NCBI GenBank assembly: GCA_026023565.1
Contig: JAPETS010000017.1
Span: forward strand, 62,001-126,000
From: Cirrosporium novae-zelandiae
Taxonomy: Eukaryota
DNA: 64,000 nucleotides
Reading direction: 5' to 3'
Part shown: positions 36,401-49,915 of the stretch, piece by piece
How the letters are laid out: each line of letters begins with the position of its first letter
Position numbering within the stretch: position 1 is the first letter of the stretch
Notes under the pieces: generated by a model
What the model saw: the letters and a program-made list of their open reading frames with translations, nothing else
What the model was told of the DNA's origin: nothing
Databases searched by the model: none
Translations under genes and position numbers: made by a program

Positions 36401-38985
36401 TTAGATTTTCCACAAGAAATCCGACAATGGTCGATCCTTCAGGACTGCAAGGATATTCCGCTTCAGCGCACTCAATATCTTCTGCTTCGGAAATGGCGTG
36501 GATCTACCTTTGCGATTCTCTTTGATCATCCAATCGGCCTGAGAGAACAAATTTTCGCTTGGGCAAAAGCAAATATGACCATATTCTCGAATGTCACGAG
36601 GATGGCTTGCACTATGAACTCCTTGCAAGATGTCACGGCTTGCAATGTATATCGCGTAGTAGTTGATCAGGGTTGCGGGGAAATTTGACTGAAACTCTCT
36701 AAGAACGGTGCTCTGAACCCGAGACACATATCCTGATGCCCCATCAGAAATGAAGCCTTGGTAAGCTTGGCAAATGTCTTTCTGGGTATACTATGTTCAA
36801 GTGAGCGTCTACAATCTCTAGATTTTGTAAGAGGTGATTACTTACAACTCTCTTTCGTTCAGGGATGTAGAGTCGAAGTAAGACTTGATAGCTAGGAAGG
36901 AAGCTATTGCACCCAAGCAGTGAGGAGAATGCGATCTTAGCTGGCTCAAAGCTCCGACTCCGACGATCGCCACCATTGCTCCGATCATCAGCCCATTCTA
37001 ATTTCCATGGCTTTTGGCTTTTATCATTGAGTTCTCTAGATATAATACCGGGTTGATGACGGTGGGGAGAGGTTGAGAATACCAGGCGTGCCCCTTTCCA
37101 GGTCTGATATGTAATCGCAAAATTTGATGAGGGGCGTTGGCCAAAGAAAACTTCCTTCTCCCAGATGTTGCAGAGACGTTCCAACACTGGCAGTTGTTCT
37201 GGATCCAGCTCTTTTAGCTTCACCAGGGTATTGTAGGTATGTAGCAGTGTTCCAACAAAGTGAGCATGATGCCATGCCATACCCCCAACCTCACAGGCGT
37301 TACCTAATATGGAAGTCATATGTGTTCCCGATACCCATGGATTCTGATAGAAAAGATCATAGCACCTGGTAGCTATGAATAAGCTAAGGCGTATATATGA
37401 GTCATGGAGTAATTGTCCAACGTTCCAACCACCTATTATATGACACGAGCAAGGAGCTTCGGGCATTTCTAGTACAAGTCTATCAAATATTAACACTTGA
37501 TCCATAATCTTGCCATCCTTGCCATAAATCTACTTACTCTGTCTCGCGCTCTATATCTAAGGCAAGCCTCAAAGCCTCTGTTCGCCCATTTTTTGACGTT
37601 GGCACCTTAAGCATAATGCACTGTCCTCCTCGCACCAAACCTTCAATGCCCGACTTATCCGAAATAGTCGAAAAACTCTTGGAACATTCCAATAGCATAT
37701 GCAAGCCGAAACTCAACTGAAATGACAAAATACATGAATCCTCGGTTTTAAGATAAACTTCTAATTCGTTTAGGAGTGGAGTAAAGTAAGGGGGGTAGCT
37801 TTGAAGGCCTTTTGGCAAGCCGAAAGGTTGGTATTTTAAGTGGTGACCCATATTCTGCAATACTTGTTCCAGATATTTTCGATCCCACTTTTCTCCATCT
37901 TCTGCACTGACACAGAATTTCCTCGGGTCCTGGATAGCGCTACCGATAGAGGAGGTCACTTCATCATCTGGTTTCCATACTTGTTTAAATAGGAGCAAGA
38001 CTTCCCAACCTAGGCGTGGCCCTATTTCCATAGTCATGTGTGTGTACGAAGGGATTGTGGACGAGTCTGGTAAAGTAAGCTCTTGTATACCCAAGTCTTG
38101 CATATACCGTCTATAGGTCTCTCGGAACGTATCAGGATTGCTAATATTCTGTTTATGGAGGCTGGAGATAATTACGGAGGCTGCACCATATGCTGTATCT
38201 GATGAACATGCGGCCACAACCGAGGGGATCACTCCTAAGGCTGCTTCTTTCCAGGATTGCTTAACTACAGCAATGAGTTTGTCCAGTTCCTAACGAGATA
38301 GAAGTCAACCTACTGCCACTTCTGATCTATGAAATCATCGATGATTCGTAAAATATTTTAGGCAGAAATCACTTACTTGCAAAATTATAACCAACTCCAT
38401 AAGCCGAGCCATATAGTCATCTCGGATGAAATGATCATCAGGGGAAGCATCTCCATTAGAGTTTTCTTCCACTTCTGCGCTATCTACATCGTTCGAACTT
38501 TTGGCTTTGATTGAATCTGTGACGCCCGTTGCCAAGTTTTCCTCGGGATAGATAGCAGCTAGGATTTCGAACTTGTTCTGTGGCTTAGCTTCAATCTCAC
38601 TTTGGAGCTTCTGAACTGAGGTACGACAAGCCTCTGATGGCCGATAAAAAATTTCGTAGATGTCCATTAAGGTATTCTTAAAATGATTATGCGAGTCAGT
38701 TGATATCCTTTGCTCAATATTATCGCTCAGTTTCTCAAAATAGTTAGATATTTGAGTTCGACCCTCAATTGCATCCCGAAGTTTGTAAAGCACACCTTGA
38801 GGCATTTCAATCCCTCTTTGAGCAATATCGTCTGCAATGATTTTGATCTCTCTAACAGTGGAGTCAAACACGCTCTTGGTTCCATCTTTCTGATGACCAG
38901 CTAGCCATTCTATAGCAGTGCCTGTATTTTTCTTATAACGAATAAGTATTTCATGAAGATGAGGGGAGAGTGGGCTTGAAGACAT
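36401..38985 (-). CDS. DUF6604-type fungal hypothetical protein
   Basis: N-terminal RYKKNT..IEWLA...AIEGR...SHNHF pattern. Introns 38290-38376, 37480-37537 and 36791-36845 give one uninterrupted frame. Confidence 0.72.
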
Positions 38986-39750
38986 GACAATGGTAGAAAT
39001 ATATTAGCAGGGATACTCATTTGAGATATATTTCGAAATCTATATCAAGATAAAAAATCGTTGTTCGTATTTGGGAGTGAAGAGACAAAAGTAAGAATTT
39101 TAGCCAAGTGAAAAGAAGTGAATTTGAGGCCATAGTAAACTCGAAATTTGCATTGACATTAGGCCGCATTGGTCCTCATCCATTTCAATGAGATTCTACC
39201 TTTTCCATTCCAAGTTGTAGTCGTAGTAGTCAATTTCTCATTCAGGTCTCTGAAAGTAATTTGAGATGAAGGTAAATCATAGTGCCAGCTTCCATATTAT
39301 TGCCAACTGTTTGCTTAGTTTGCACTGTTCCAGCCCAGGTCTACCCACTACGTTACTCTCATCTAGTAAATCATCCTTGGTTGGTTATTCCATTGTATTC
39401 AAATATTCAAACCATCTAATCTGAAGTCTAGCCTGAAAATCTGTCAGCTTTGATGCGCTGTTGGAGGCTTAACCAAATGTCTCAAAAGGACCTGCGATCT
39501 AGTAAGCCGTCCAGCACGCCAATACTATTCAGATGATTCAGCATTCTTGCCTACTACATCGAAGGGAAACCCATTCCAGATCCTAATCCAGGTATGTCCT
39601 ATGATTCCGATTCCCAAACGCACAAAAGAAGTAACTAAACAAGGTATTAAAGGAGTAAAACGGAGAACAGAGATAAAATGCTTCATCTTCGCTGTGCATA
39701 GCTTAGTTTCAGCTCTAGTTATCAACCAAACACAAGGTATCTCCAAACAC

Positions 39751-42700
39751 TTAAACTCTCCTATCCGCGAACTCTACGAAGTCGCAATCATCCTCAAAAA
39801 AGTCGTCGTCGTCAGGGACCCTGCGCGCCCTTCTGGACGTGATGGTCAACTGAACTGTCTCCATATCGTCATTCTTTCCTGGGTGAATGTGCGACTCGAC
39901 ATCGTTCAAATCTGCGGGCTCGGCTGTATGAAGTTCAAGCTTCCTGGCCGGGATTGGGGCTCCAAAGAGAAACAAGGAATTTGAAGAAAATTGGTCAGCG
40001 TGAGATTCACCCTCAGATCCAGCATGCCGATGTTGTTCGTCGTAGATAGACATAGATACACGACGGTCGGTATGAAAAGGTTGATAAGGTGCGCTCGTTT
40101 CAATTTCGGCATGAGAAAGAGGGTGTGCTGAAACTCTAGCGTCATGGCCTCTATGATGATGAGAAGGCTGTAGAGGTTTCCAAAACCCACGGAAGCCAGG
40201 ATCAATAGTTATAATAGATGAAGTATCATCACTTCGGATGGTTTTGAATGAGGGAGGAAGACTGGTACTAGGGATCGTAGGGAGACCGAATTCAAGTAAC
40301 GAATCGCCGACGGCAGGACGACGATGTCCTCCTTTGCGTGCGAAGCTGCTCTGTTGGACTTTATATAGTCGGAGGATTCCATTTCCAATGAGGCCAATCA
40401 TATCGTCGCTTGGGCCATTAAACCAGATAACACAGCCAGTACGAGGTTCCTTCTGACCACTAGGAAGGTGAAGACGATTCTCCCCTACGTGACGAATAGT
40501 TTTGACGGTATCTGCTGCTGCGCCGACGGACTTGCTGAGGCCAGAAGCTACAGCACGCCCGAATTTAATTCCTACAGCAGCACCAGCAGCAGTGATGTTA
40601 CGCCCGTTGACGTTAGAAAAGGCCTGGCCGAGGTTCTGTGGGCGACTTCGGACGGCAGCAATCAATGGATTTGCTTTAGAGCCAACAAGATTGAGAGCCG
40701 AAGAAAAGCGGTTGGTCGAAACCTCAACCGCTGTTTCAGAGGAATTACTGCTGCTTTGTTGGTCCTGGTTTGTGGGGCGCTCCTTCCGACGAGATGGTGG
40801 CCATTGGAACGCTTCGTGTTCAATGTCGAAGATATGAACAGTGCCCTTGGCAGTCGTCATGGCAATTCTCTCTCCATGAGGGCGAGTCCAGGAAACATCG
40901 GTGACTCTTGAGGTCGTAAGTCGTGCCCATCTAGCAGTTTGGCGAACGTAAGGGATCTGATTTGCAGTAGATTGATGGTCTCCTAGTCCATACTGAGCAA
41001 TACAGGTTCTAAGATAAATTGCCTGAAACAGATCCCAGACGTGATGAACATCCCCTTTATTGCTCGTCGTCAAGAGATTTGTTCCGTTGGGTGCAAACGT
41101 CAAGAAGCTACAGCCCAGAGGAGGTTGAAATGTGACCACCGGATTCAAAGCATTTGCTGGTTTCACTTGGATATTTGAGAGCTTTTTCAAGTCTAGAATG
41201 GATACTACTGTTGGCTCTTGACGTGGGCGTATGTTGCTGTCATCAGCATGGGTTGGAGGAAATATCTGATTTGCCTGCTGAAGGTCTGTGCCGTTTGTAT
41301 ATTGACCATAAATGGAAGATGGACTTTTTGGGGTTACTGAATCATTGCCCTTGTTCCAGTATGCTTTCCAAGCTTGCTTCCCTTGCTCTCCCACCCAGTG
41401 TGCCCCGGATAAGAGGTCTTGAGTTACTTGGCGTGGCATCCGATTCAAGAAACCATTTGTGTCTTCAGATAGTACTGAACTAGTAGGCTCAGGCTGCATA
41501 CTGGGAGCATGTGATCTGTAACCTGGTGGCAAGTGATCGAAAACAGGTCGAGGGACATTTCCTTCCAACGTGAGTTGTGATGACGACGGAGGAGGTATGA
41601 CAGCAAGCCAACGTCCGCTAAGGGAGAAGATAGGTAGGCGAGGTTTTGAACCTGCCAGAGGGCTATCGTCAAAGGAGTAATCGTCGGTCGATGTTGCTGA
41701 CATGGATGTCCTACGAATGTCTGGAGATTGCATTACAGTCCAAGTCTTCCCAAGACATTTGAATGGCGATGGCCCAGCTTCATTTAGCCCGAATATGTAC
41801 ACTTCCCCACTCTTTCCAGATGCGATGACAACATAAGTGTCGTTTACATCGATCTTGAGATCACCGATAGGATCTGGGGGTAAGAACCTGGAGTCGGCTA
41901 GTGGTAGGTTAACCTGAACTGCGGGAGTTCTGAAGAGAGTACAAACATGCTCTTGCGAAGGGAGGGAGTATATTTCGACGCTGGTTTGATAATGCGATAT
42001 GTCGTGCGGCCTAGGCGTATGTGGAGTCTGATTTGTACTAGGAGAAACCTCGGCTGGAGCTTCACTATCTCCATCATTATGAACATTTTCAGGAGTTTCA
42101 GCTTCTTCTGGAGTGGAAGTTTCTTCTTCGAAAGCAACAGGCCCATGTAGAACAAGAGCAACGAGAGGTCTTTGTGAGGCAAGTGGATCGGGCCCAAGTG
42201 GGTTAGGTATAACCTTGGCTTCGATAACGGCACCTGGAAGACCACCCAAGTGGGCCATATGATCGAGCCTATCTTTGTGAACTCGATGTATATCAAGCTG
42301 TCCTTCTGCCCCTGAGATATAGATGGTTTCGGACGTAGAGACGCCGGAGCGGCTCTTCACGTCGATTGAGTCAAATCCACTGTAGTACATCTTGCTTCCA
42401 GGCGTTAACTCAGCATTCCGTGCTAAAGGCGGCCCTATTTCTATCTCTGGAGCTCCGTAGAAGTGTGCCTGGGGCAAATGTGGTAGGGGAGGTAGAGTGG
42501 ATGTTTGGGGCGGGGCAGAGATGCGCCGCATCCTATCTCTCAAATTAGGCTGAGCTTCAAAATCCGGAACCTTCTGGCTAATGGTGTTTTGGTTGCCTGG
42601 TAACCAACCGTTTCCAGTTGGAGACGACGATAAACCCACACCTAAAGTATTTCTTTCATCAACAAGCCAGTTCGGAGGTGAGCCAGCTACACTCAAGCCT

Positions 42701-43206
42701 TGAGCCGCTTCATTAGGCGGACTCTTCCCATGGGGTATTTGTTTAGCCCATTCTTCTGTCCTTAGTGTATCAAAATTGATATTCCCACCAGAACCTGAAC
42801 CTAGCGCACGTAGTAGGGGAGACGTGATACTGGTCCCATTTAAGGGTAGTAAAGGAGGCGAAGCCGGATTGGTATGTGACCTTCCTTGATAAGCTGGCGG
42901 CGATTTTGTTCTGCGCTGCTAATTAGCATTCATACTTCAGATATATGCAGGATAAGTCAAGAACAGGCCATGATTTTGATGTTCGGTATCCAAGTCGCGA
43001 CATGTTTGATGGACTTACATCTTGCGAGGGTATATAGGAGCCCTTGGACCCATGCCGTCTCTCCTTCCAAGGCCATTTCTTGAAGCCCTGGATCTATGAC
43101 CATTCCTCTCTGGACCATTGACTGCTCCAAGCTGATTCTGTAAATAGGGACCAGCCCCGAAACCATCCTGGCTTTGTCTGTACGGGAAGTTTGGAATTTG
43201 GGGCAT
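39751..43206 (-). CDS. BCAS3-like WD40/beta-propeller protein (autophagy-associated family)
   Basis: FSLSGRWLA, FLTFAPNGTNLLT..KGD, KGTVHIF and SHAEIET motifs. Intron 42911-43018 links exon 1 (MPQIP...) in frame; the start is tentative. Confidence 0.72.
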
Positions 43207-44473
43207 TCAACTTGAATTTCCCTTGTTCAAGTTGGTCCCTTATTCCGATGATGCTGAGAATGAAGAGAATGTCTCTACGATAGAGAATGACTCCCAAGAG
43301 ATGAAAGCCTGAAGAATGAAGGCTTTAATCAAGGGCTGACAGTATCGGGATCAGCTGGCGCAACCGAGTGACTCTAAGACGTGACGGAGTATGAACCTCC
43401 CTGAATCTCCTGGGACTTCGAATCGCTGCTGGTCCGATGAAATCCCAAAAGAATAATGAGTTCAACAGAACTCATCACAGTCAAAGATTTACCGTCTTTA
43501 AATCGCGTCACTGCTACAACGCAAGACAAGAGACACAAGGATGGAGGTACACAGTCTGGTATCGGCTAATCGACGGAGATGAGACGGGGGGGTCTCGATC
43601 CGGTCCTATAGACTTGTATAGGACAGGTTTGGATTAATTCTGGACAGGAGATGCTTCAAGTCCAGCAAAGAATGACAATGACAGTAACAGAATTGTTCAA
43701 TAATTTAAAATAATAAATTAGGCTTTGATGTTGGGGGATTGATTGATCGAAAGGTGTTGAGGATTGAGGGGCAGCTTTCAAGTTCCTTTGGGGTCTTTGG
43801 GGGTATGCAAGCGGTGACAGGGAAGGAACAGGGTACAGTAATTGCAAAGATGCAGCCGAGCTCTTTGATTGCGGGGCACGTCCTTCCCGGTGAATCGACC
43901 TTCCCGGCCCGTCCAGTTATCTCTCATAAGTACTGTACTTTAGTCAACTTCACATACATATCTCATGCATGACCTTCACCCACCTTTATTAATTTTCCCT
44001 CACTGGATTTATCATTCTATCTATAATTATTGATAAGACTATTATCCAAAAAAAGAAACAACAGAAGAAAAAAAACATGTTTATGACATTTATAGGTGAG
44101 TAGACAGATGATTTCGATACATACTGGGTATCGGGAGAATGTGGTGTTATTGCCGAACCCCCCCTAAACACATGATAGTAGTCATAAAGGCTGTCAAGAT
44201 CATACTTTACAAAAGAGGCATGCTGTACATCGTACATGACCCTTGTTGCTGATCAAGACCTAGAACTGGTCCGTTGGGCTTTTCCATGACGACAGCCTGC
44301 AATAGCAAATATCCATATAAAGGTCACACCATACGCAGTGACAATACTTTATTGATTTTTGCAGATTTGATATCGAGATCCCCCTTCCACGGGCTTTAAC
44401 TGTCCATGCACTGCGCTAGTTTTATGTGCATCGAAAACTCCAAGAGCTCAACAAAATCATTCCCGATAAAACC

Positions 44474-44845
44474 TTATGTCTTCTTCTTGCTCGCGGCCTT
44501 TGCCTTTGCAGCTCTCTTTTGATTGCTTCGAATCATAATCACACCCAAGAAAGATCCAACAACTGCTGAACCTAAAAGGATCAAGATGACGGGAATTCGA
44601 ATGGCCCATACACGAGGAGGGAAAAGGTCATGAAGTGGGTGATCGGTATCGACAAAGGGCTGGGATACAAATGTTAGGGAATCACGAGAACAGATTGTAG
44701 AAGCGCATACCATAAGTAGAGTCCATATAGTGTAATATAGGAAGACTGTTGTAGCTATTACGAGCATAGCAGCGCCGACGAGTTTGTCAAGCTACAATGA
44801 TCCATTAGCAAGTGCTTTTAGTAGGAGCAAAGTTTCGCCTACCAT
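44474..44845 (-). CDS. DPM2: Dolichol-phosphate mannosyltransferase regulatory subunit
   Basis: MLDKLVGAAML...FLYYTIWTLLMPFVD..HPLHDLFPPRVWAIRIP. ATG-only first exon; introns 44792-44842 and 44660-44710. Confidence 0.93.
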
Positions 44846-45522
44846 ATTGTGAAGATGAAAATATAGATGTATTAAAAGAGTGTCTCAATTTAGCTAAATG
44901 ATTGGTAAAATGGGAAGATATGAAGGATTGTGGTTTCAACATGTGTCTGTAGGTTCTATTCAGAATCCCTCAGCTTGAGTACACAAGTATAAATGTGTCC
45001 TCAGGCTCCTCGTGTTTATCTTTCAGGTTAGCGAAAGGAGTAAAGTATATCCGGGTAAATATCAGAACCAGCCACCCAGTCCAATTATCCAAGGCTTATC
45101 CATAACCATACAATATCGAAATCACCTAGCATGTTGCCTAGATAATCTACAGAATATCATTTAAATATCCGTAGCTTGTTCGTAATGAATTATTACTCGG
45201 ATTGAAATTTTGTTGCTCGAGGTACAAATTTATTGCTTAAATGGGACTAGTTTGGCTGTTGTGGTTACGGATCAAGCGTATGGTTATGTAAGTTATTTTA
45301 GGTTTAGCGCATATGCGCTACATTTGGTTAGCTATCAATTAAAAGTGAACTATCTTCGTACACCTTACAAAACCATGCTATAACAGTCGCGATCAAGCTT
45401 GGAGCGGTTTGACAGCTACCTTCTCACCATTAAACTACTATTCCAACTTGCCAGCATCATCATCACCTCCATATTCTCTTCGACGGCTACCTCTACCCTT
45501 ATAATCTCGGACTACCGGCAAG

Positions 45523-47856
45523 ATGATGCTGCAATCTGCAGTTCGTGTTCCTACTCCCGAGCCACAACCTTCAAATATTTCTCCTCTACCATTTAGTCGA
45601 AAGCGGTCGCCACCATCTAGATCACCATCACCTGCCCCTCGGCGTCGCCGTACTCCCCCACGAGGCCCGGCTTCAAATGGCTTCAGACTTCCGGATGTTG
45701 ATCCACAACGAGCGCGAGAAAGAGAGCGCCAACTTGAAGAACGGCTCCGCCAACGTGACGATGAATCTTCAACGCGAAAACCTTTGACGGAGGAAGAGAA
45801 GCAAGCGGCAGCAAAGGCAGAATATCAGAAACTCCTAACTATGCGATCTGGAGGAACATATATACCACCTGCAAGACTCCGTGCTTTGCAAGCTCAGATC
45901 ACCGACAAGACAAGCAAAGAATACCAGCGGATGGCGTGGGAGGCGCTCAAAAAGTCAATCAATGGGCTGATTAATAAAGTCAATACTTCTAATATCAAAT
46001 ACATTGTCCCTGAGCTCTTCGGGGAGAACTTGATACGTGGAAGAGGATTGTTCTGCCGAAGCATTATGAAGGCCCAAGCCGCCAGTTTACCATTCACACC
46101 AATCTATGCTGCTATGGCAGCCATCGTTAATACAAAGTTGCCGCAAGTCGGTGAACTACTCCTCAAACGCCTTATAGTGCAGTTTCGAAAGGCTTTCAAA
46201 AGAAACGACAAGGCCGTTTGCCTATCATCCACTACTTTCATCGCCCATCTTTGCAATCAGCAGGTGGCGCATGAAATGGTTGCTGCACAAATGCTACTAC
46301 TTCTTTTGAACAAACCTACTGATGACAGCGTTGAAATCGCTGTGGGCCTCACGAGAGAAGTTGGTCAGCATCTGGAGGAGATGAATTCCCAAATTGCGCT
46401 ACTTGTATTCGACCAATTTAGGAACATTCTGCATGAAGCTGATATCGACAAACGAGTTCAGTATATGATCGAAGTTTTATTTCAAGTCCGGAAAGATAAG
46501 TACAAGGATAATCCTGCTATGCGCGAGGAACTAGATTTGGTGGAGGAAGAAGACCAAATAACACATCATGTCGATTTAGATGAAGAGGTTGAGGTCCAGG
46601 ATACCTTGAATATCTTCAAATTTGATACCGAATGGGAGGAAAATGAAGCCGCATACAAAAAGTTGAAGGCGGAGATCCTTGGTGAAGAAAGTGGTAGTGA
46701 TGATGATTCGGGAAGCGATGAGAGTTCCGATGACGAAGAGGAGGAGGAGGAGAAAGCAATGGAAATCAAAGATCAGACCAATACCGACCTGGTTAATCTA
46801 CGGCGAACCATCTATTTGACAATTATGTCAAGTATCGACTTTGAAGAGTGCTGCCATAAACTTATGAAAGTCAACCTACCACCTGGGCAGGAACAGGAGC
46901 TGCCATCAATGATTATCGAGTGCTGCGCCCAAGAACGGACCTACTCGAAATTCTATGGTCTTATCGGCGAACGATTTGCAAAGCTGAATCGACTCTGGAC
47001 AGATGAGTTTGAGACAGCCTTTGCCAAATATTATGATACGATCCACAGATACGAAACAAACAAACTCCGTAATATTGCTCGATTCTTCGGTCATATGCTC
47101 AGCTCAGATGCAACTGGATGGCATGTAATGTCTATCATCCATCTCAATGAGGAGGAAACTACATCTAGCAGCCGTATCTTCATCAAGATCCTGTTCCAGG
47201 ATTTGGCCGAAGCGCTGGGCATGAAAAAGCTTGTGGAACGCCTGAAAGACGACATCCTACGTCCATCTTTCGAGGGTATTTTCCCCAAGGATGAACCACG
47301 AAATATTAGATTCTCCATCAATTACTTCACAAGTATCGGTATGGGTGTCTTGACAGAAGAAATGCGAGAATATCTAAAAAATATTCCAAAACCAGTGCAA
47401 GCTTATTTACCTGCACCAGAACCTGAGTCTGACTCGGAGTCTGTTAGCTCCTATTCGAGCTACTCGTCGCGATCCCGATCACTGTCACGTTCTCCATCAA
47501 GAACGCCGCGACGAGTTCGTGACTCTCGGTCTCCCCGACGACGAGCTCGTGATGATTCTCGGTCCCCACAACGACGAGATCGTGATGACTCTCGGTCTCC
47601 CCCACGACGAGCTCGCGATGATTCTCGGGCCCCACCACGGCGGGCTCGTGATGACTCTCGGTCTCCCCCACGACGAGCTCGCGATGATTCTCGGACCCCA
47701 CCACGGCGGGCTCGCTACTCCCGATCCCCCCCACGACGAGATAGTTACTCTCCTTCCCCCTCACGACGAGATAGCTATTCCCGTTCCCCGTCGCGACGAG
47801 GTAGCTACTCCCGCTCTCCTTCAAGAGACAGCAGATCCCGAAGCCGTAGCTACTGA
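45523..47856 (+). CDS. CWC22: Pre-mRNA splicing factor Cwc22 (MIF4G + MA3, RS tail)
   Basis: RSGGTYIPPARLR, WEALKKSINGLINKVN and RFSINYFTSIGMG signature stretches. Intronless. Confidence 0.97.
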   Translation: MMLQSAVRVPTPEPQPSNISPLPFSRKRSPPSRSPSPAPRRRRTPPRGPASNGFRLPDVDPQRARERERQLEERLRQRDDESSTRKPLTEEEKQAAAKAEYQKLLTMRSGGTYIPPARLRALQAQITDKTSKEYQRMAWEALKKSINGLINKVNTSNIKYIVPELFGENLIRGRGLFCRSIMKAQAASLPFTPIYAAMAAIVNTKLPQVGELLLKRLIVQFRKAFKRNDKAVCLSSTTFIAHLCNQQVAHEMVAAQMLLLLLNKPTDDSVEIAVGLTREVGQHLEEMNSQIALLVFDQFRNILHEADIDKRVQYMIEVLFQVRKDKYKDNPAMREELDLVEEEDQITHHVDLDEEVEVQDTLNIFKFDTEWEENEAAYKKLKAEILGEESGSDDDSGSDESSDDEEEEEEKAMEIKDQTNTDLVNLRRTIYLTIMSSIDFEECCHKLMKVNLPPGQEQELPSMIIECCAQERTYSKFYGLIGERFAKLNRLWTDEFETAFAKYYDTIHRYETNKLRNIARFFGHMLSSDATGWHVMSIIHLNEEETTSSSRIFIKILFQDLAEALGMKKLVERLKDDILRPSFEGIFPKDEPRNIRFSINYFTSIGMGVLTEEMREYLKNIPKPVQAYLPAPEPESDSESVSSYSSYSSRSRSLSRSPSRTPRRVRDSRSPRRRARDDSRSPQRRDRDDSRSPPRRARDDSRAPPRRARDDSRSPPRRARDDSRTPPRRARYSRSPPRRDSYSPSPSRRDSYSRSPSRRGSYSRSPSRDSRSRSRSY
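47518..47716 (+). repeat. Coding 33-bp minisatellite (RRARDDSRSPP), about 6 copies
   Basis: Repeated GA(C/T)TCTCGG..CCCC..CG.CG.GCTCG.GAT units in the CWC22 tail. Confidence 0.9.
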
Positions 47857-48556
47857 GATCGCACTACTATCGTACGGGAGATTTTTTTGCTCGGGGGCGT
47901 TTCTGAAATGACGAACGGTAAAGCATTTTCGTAGGGACATAGGTTATAATTAGTTAAGAAGCTGGCGCACACTTATTCATCAGATGTATACCATATGGAT
48001 GTCTCTTCCACAGACCCCCCAATTTCCTTTCGGTAGAGCTGCATTACAACATAGATACTTAGCCAGTTAGTTTGCCTAAACTATACAAAAAAATCCTCAG
48101 TTCAATTTCCTATCCAATCCAAACACTGGGCTAGCCAAATTAAATCAGACGCACGACCTCTTTTTCTTCTCCTTCCACTTGTTGAAAATCAAAGGTGTTC
48201 AGCAGCGGCGAAGATCCCATCTACTTCCACGTAGACTTTAGACTTGGACTTCGACTTAGACTTGCACCTACATAGACGGCTCCAATTTCCAGTCTCCAAT
48301 CCGATCCTAACTCTGCAATAGGTATCAAGTAACTTTAGTCTGTATTGGTGATACTGTGTATTGTTTGAGAACTGCATATGATAACTAAGCTATCCCAAAG
48401 TTAGACTAGTTGTTACTTTTCCGGTACAGTAAAGCAGCTACCGATCACCCATAGGCGAACGTGGCGAATAAATCAAATGTCATGCGTGATATCTGAGTTG
48501 TCTATAGGAACTCATTCTTATTGATCCCTCCGTGAAGCATCCAAGCTTGACACAAA

Positions 48557-49724
48557 ATGTCATTCCAATCAACTCCTCATGATGTCTCCCTCTACGTCAC
48601 CTCTCCTCTCACCAAATCTGAGCGCCGTATCACCCCCACATGGACCTTGGCCGATCTTAAGAAGAAGCTTCAGCCTGTTACAGGGATTCCATCTGAATTT
48701 CAAACCTTGGAACTAAAAGTACTCCGAGCAGATGGAAGCAGGCAGAGCATGAGCATGGTGGGAGAGGGAGAGATAGTGGGGAAATGGCTGTCCAGTGCAG
48801 AGGGAAAAGTAGAGGAGATTGCGGTATGTTTACTTTTCCGGTTCTATGAATTGGAAATGATGCCTTTAGCTATGATAAAACTTCTTTGTATTGCAGTCCT
48901 TTGTGACATCTCTAATTTACATTTACATGTTCCAAAAGAAGCTATTGTGTATGTTAAACTGTTCGAACTCTCTACAATATTTGCATATCTTGAATCTTAA
49001 GGTTTCACAATATATATAAATGGTTTCATCCCTATTCCAACAATTCAAATATTATCTGGATCCATACGAACTTGTTTTCTTTATCGGTTGCATGCCGCTT
49101 TCCGCTCATTCTGATATTTAGGTCCAAGACTCTCGTCCACCATCTGCACAGTTTCAACTTCCACCCGAAGGTTCTGTCCCTAAATACGTTCTCCCAATAG
49201 AGACTTATGAAACTTTACCTTCATCTGTTCTTGCTTGGAAGAAATCAAATAAGTTAGGACGGTTCGACCCCAACAAGGCAGACCCTGCGGTGGTCGAGGA
49301 AGAAAAAATCCAGAGTGGTATGAAAGAGTGCGAGGAACGAAGTACGTATTAGCCTAATCTTGCTATTTCTCTTATCTATGCTGCGAATCTTTTACTTTCT
49401 ACGTCAGATGAATGATATTGAGTGTTGAAACCAACAGAAATCTCAACCAATTCTCGTGCTCGCATTGTCAGTGAGCCTATCAAGCGAGGCAACGTCGCTT
49501 TCGTTGGCCCAATCCCGGAGCTTCCAGGTGGAGGTATCTGGATTGGTCTCAAACTTGATGAGCCCGTTGGCAAAAACGATGGAACTGTCAAGACGGAAAC
49601 TGGTGAAGTGAAGAGAATCTTTGAGTGCCCAGGAGCAAAGTATGGTGTTTTTGTGAGGCCCGAGAGAGTAGAGGTGGGGGATTGGGACGAACTGGGGCTG
49701 GACGAAGAGGAAGAGGAAATTTAA
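48557..49724 (+). CDS. ALF1: Tubulin-folding cofactor B (Ubl + CAP-Gly; Alf1/Alp11)
   Basis: SERRITPTWT..LKKKLQPVTGIP Ubl domain, SVLAWKK.NKLGRFDP, and CAP-Gly LDEPVGKNDG. Introns 48824-49121 and 49342-49437. Confidence 0.92.
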
Positions 49725-49915
49725 AGACGACAAGGTCTCAAGCTCAATTAAATATTGCATAGCGATAGATATTATGAAATGATTTGGTGTAACTATATTT
49801 GTTGGAACGTGTAGCCCTACATAAGCCAGGAATTTCTCTATAAAAATGTGGAAGACGGGGCCCAAAGAGGGATATATGACAGGTAGGGCTAACCCTGATA
49901 CCGGACAAGCTTCGG

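Noticed and set aside
47518..47716. 33-bp repeats as a CRISPR-like array
   Set aside because: Contiguous in-frame coding repeats without spacers, in a eukaryotic RS domain.
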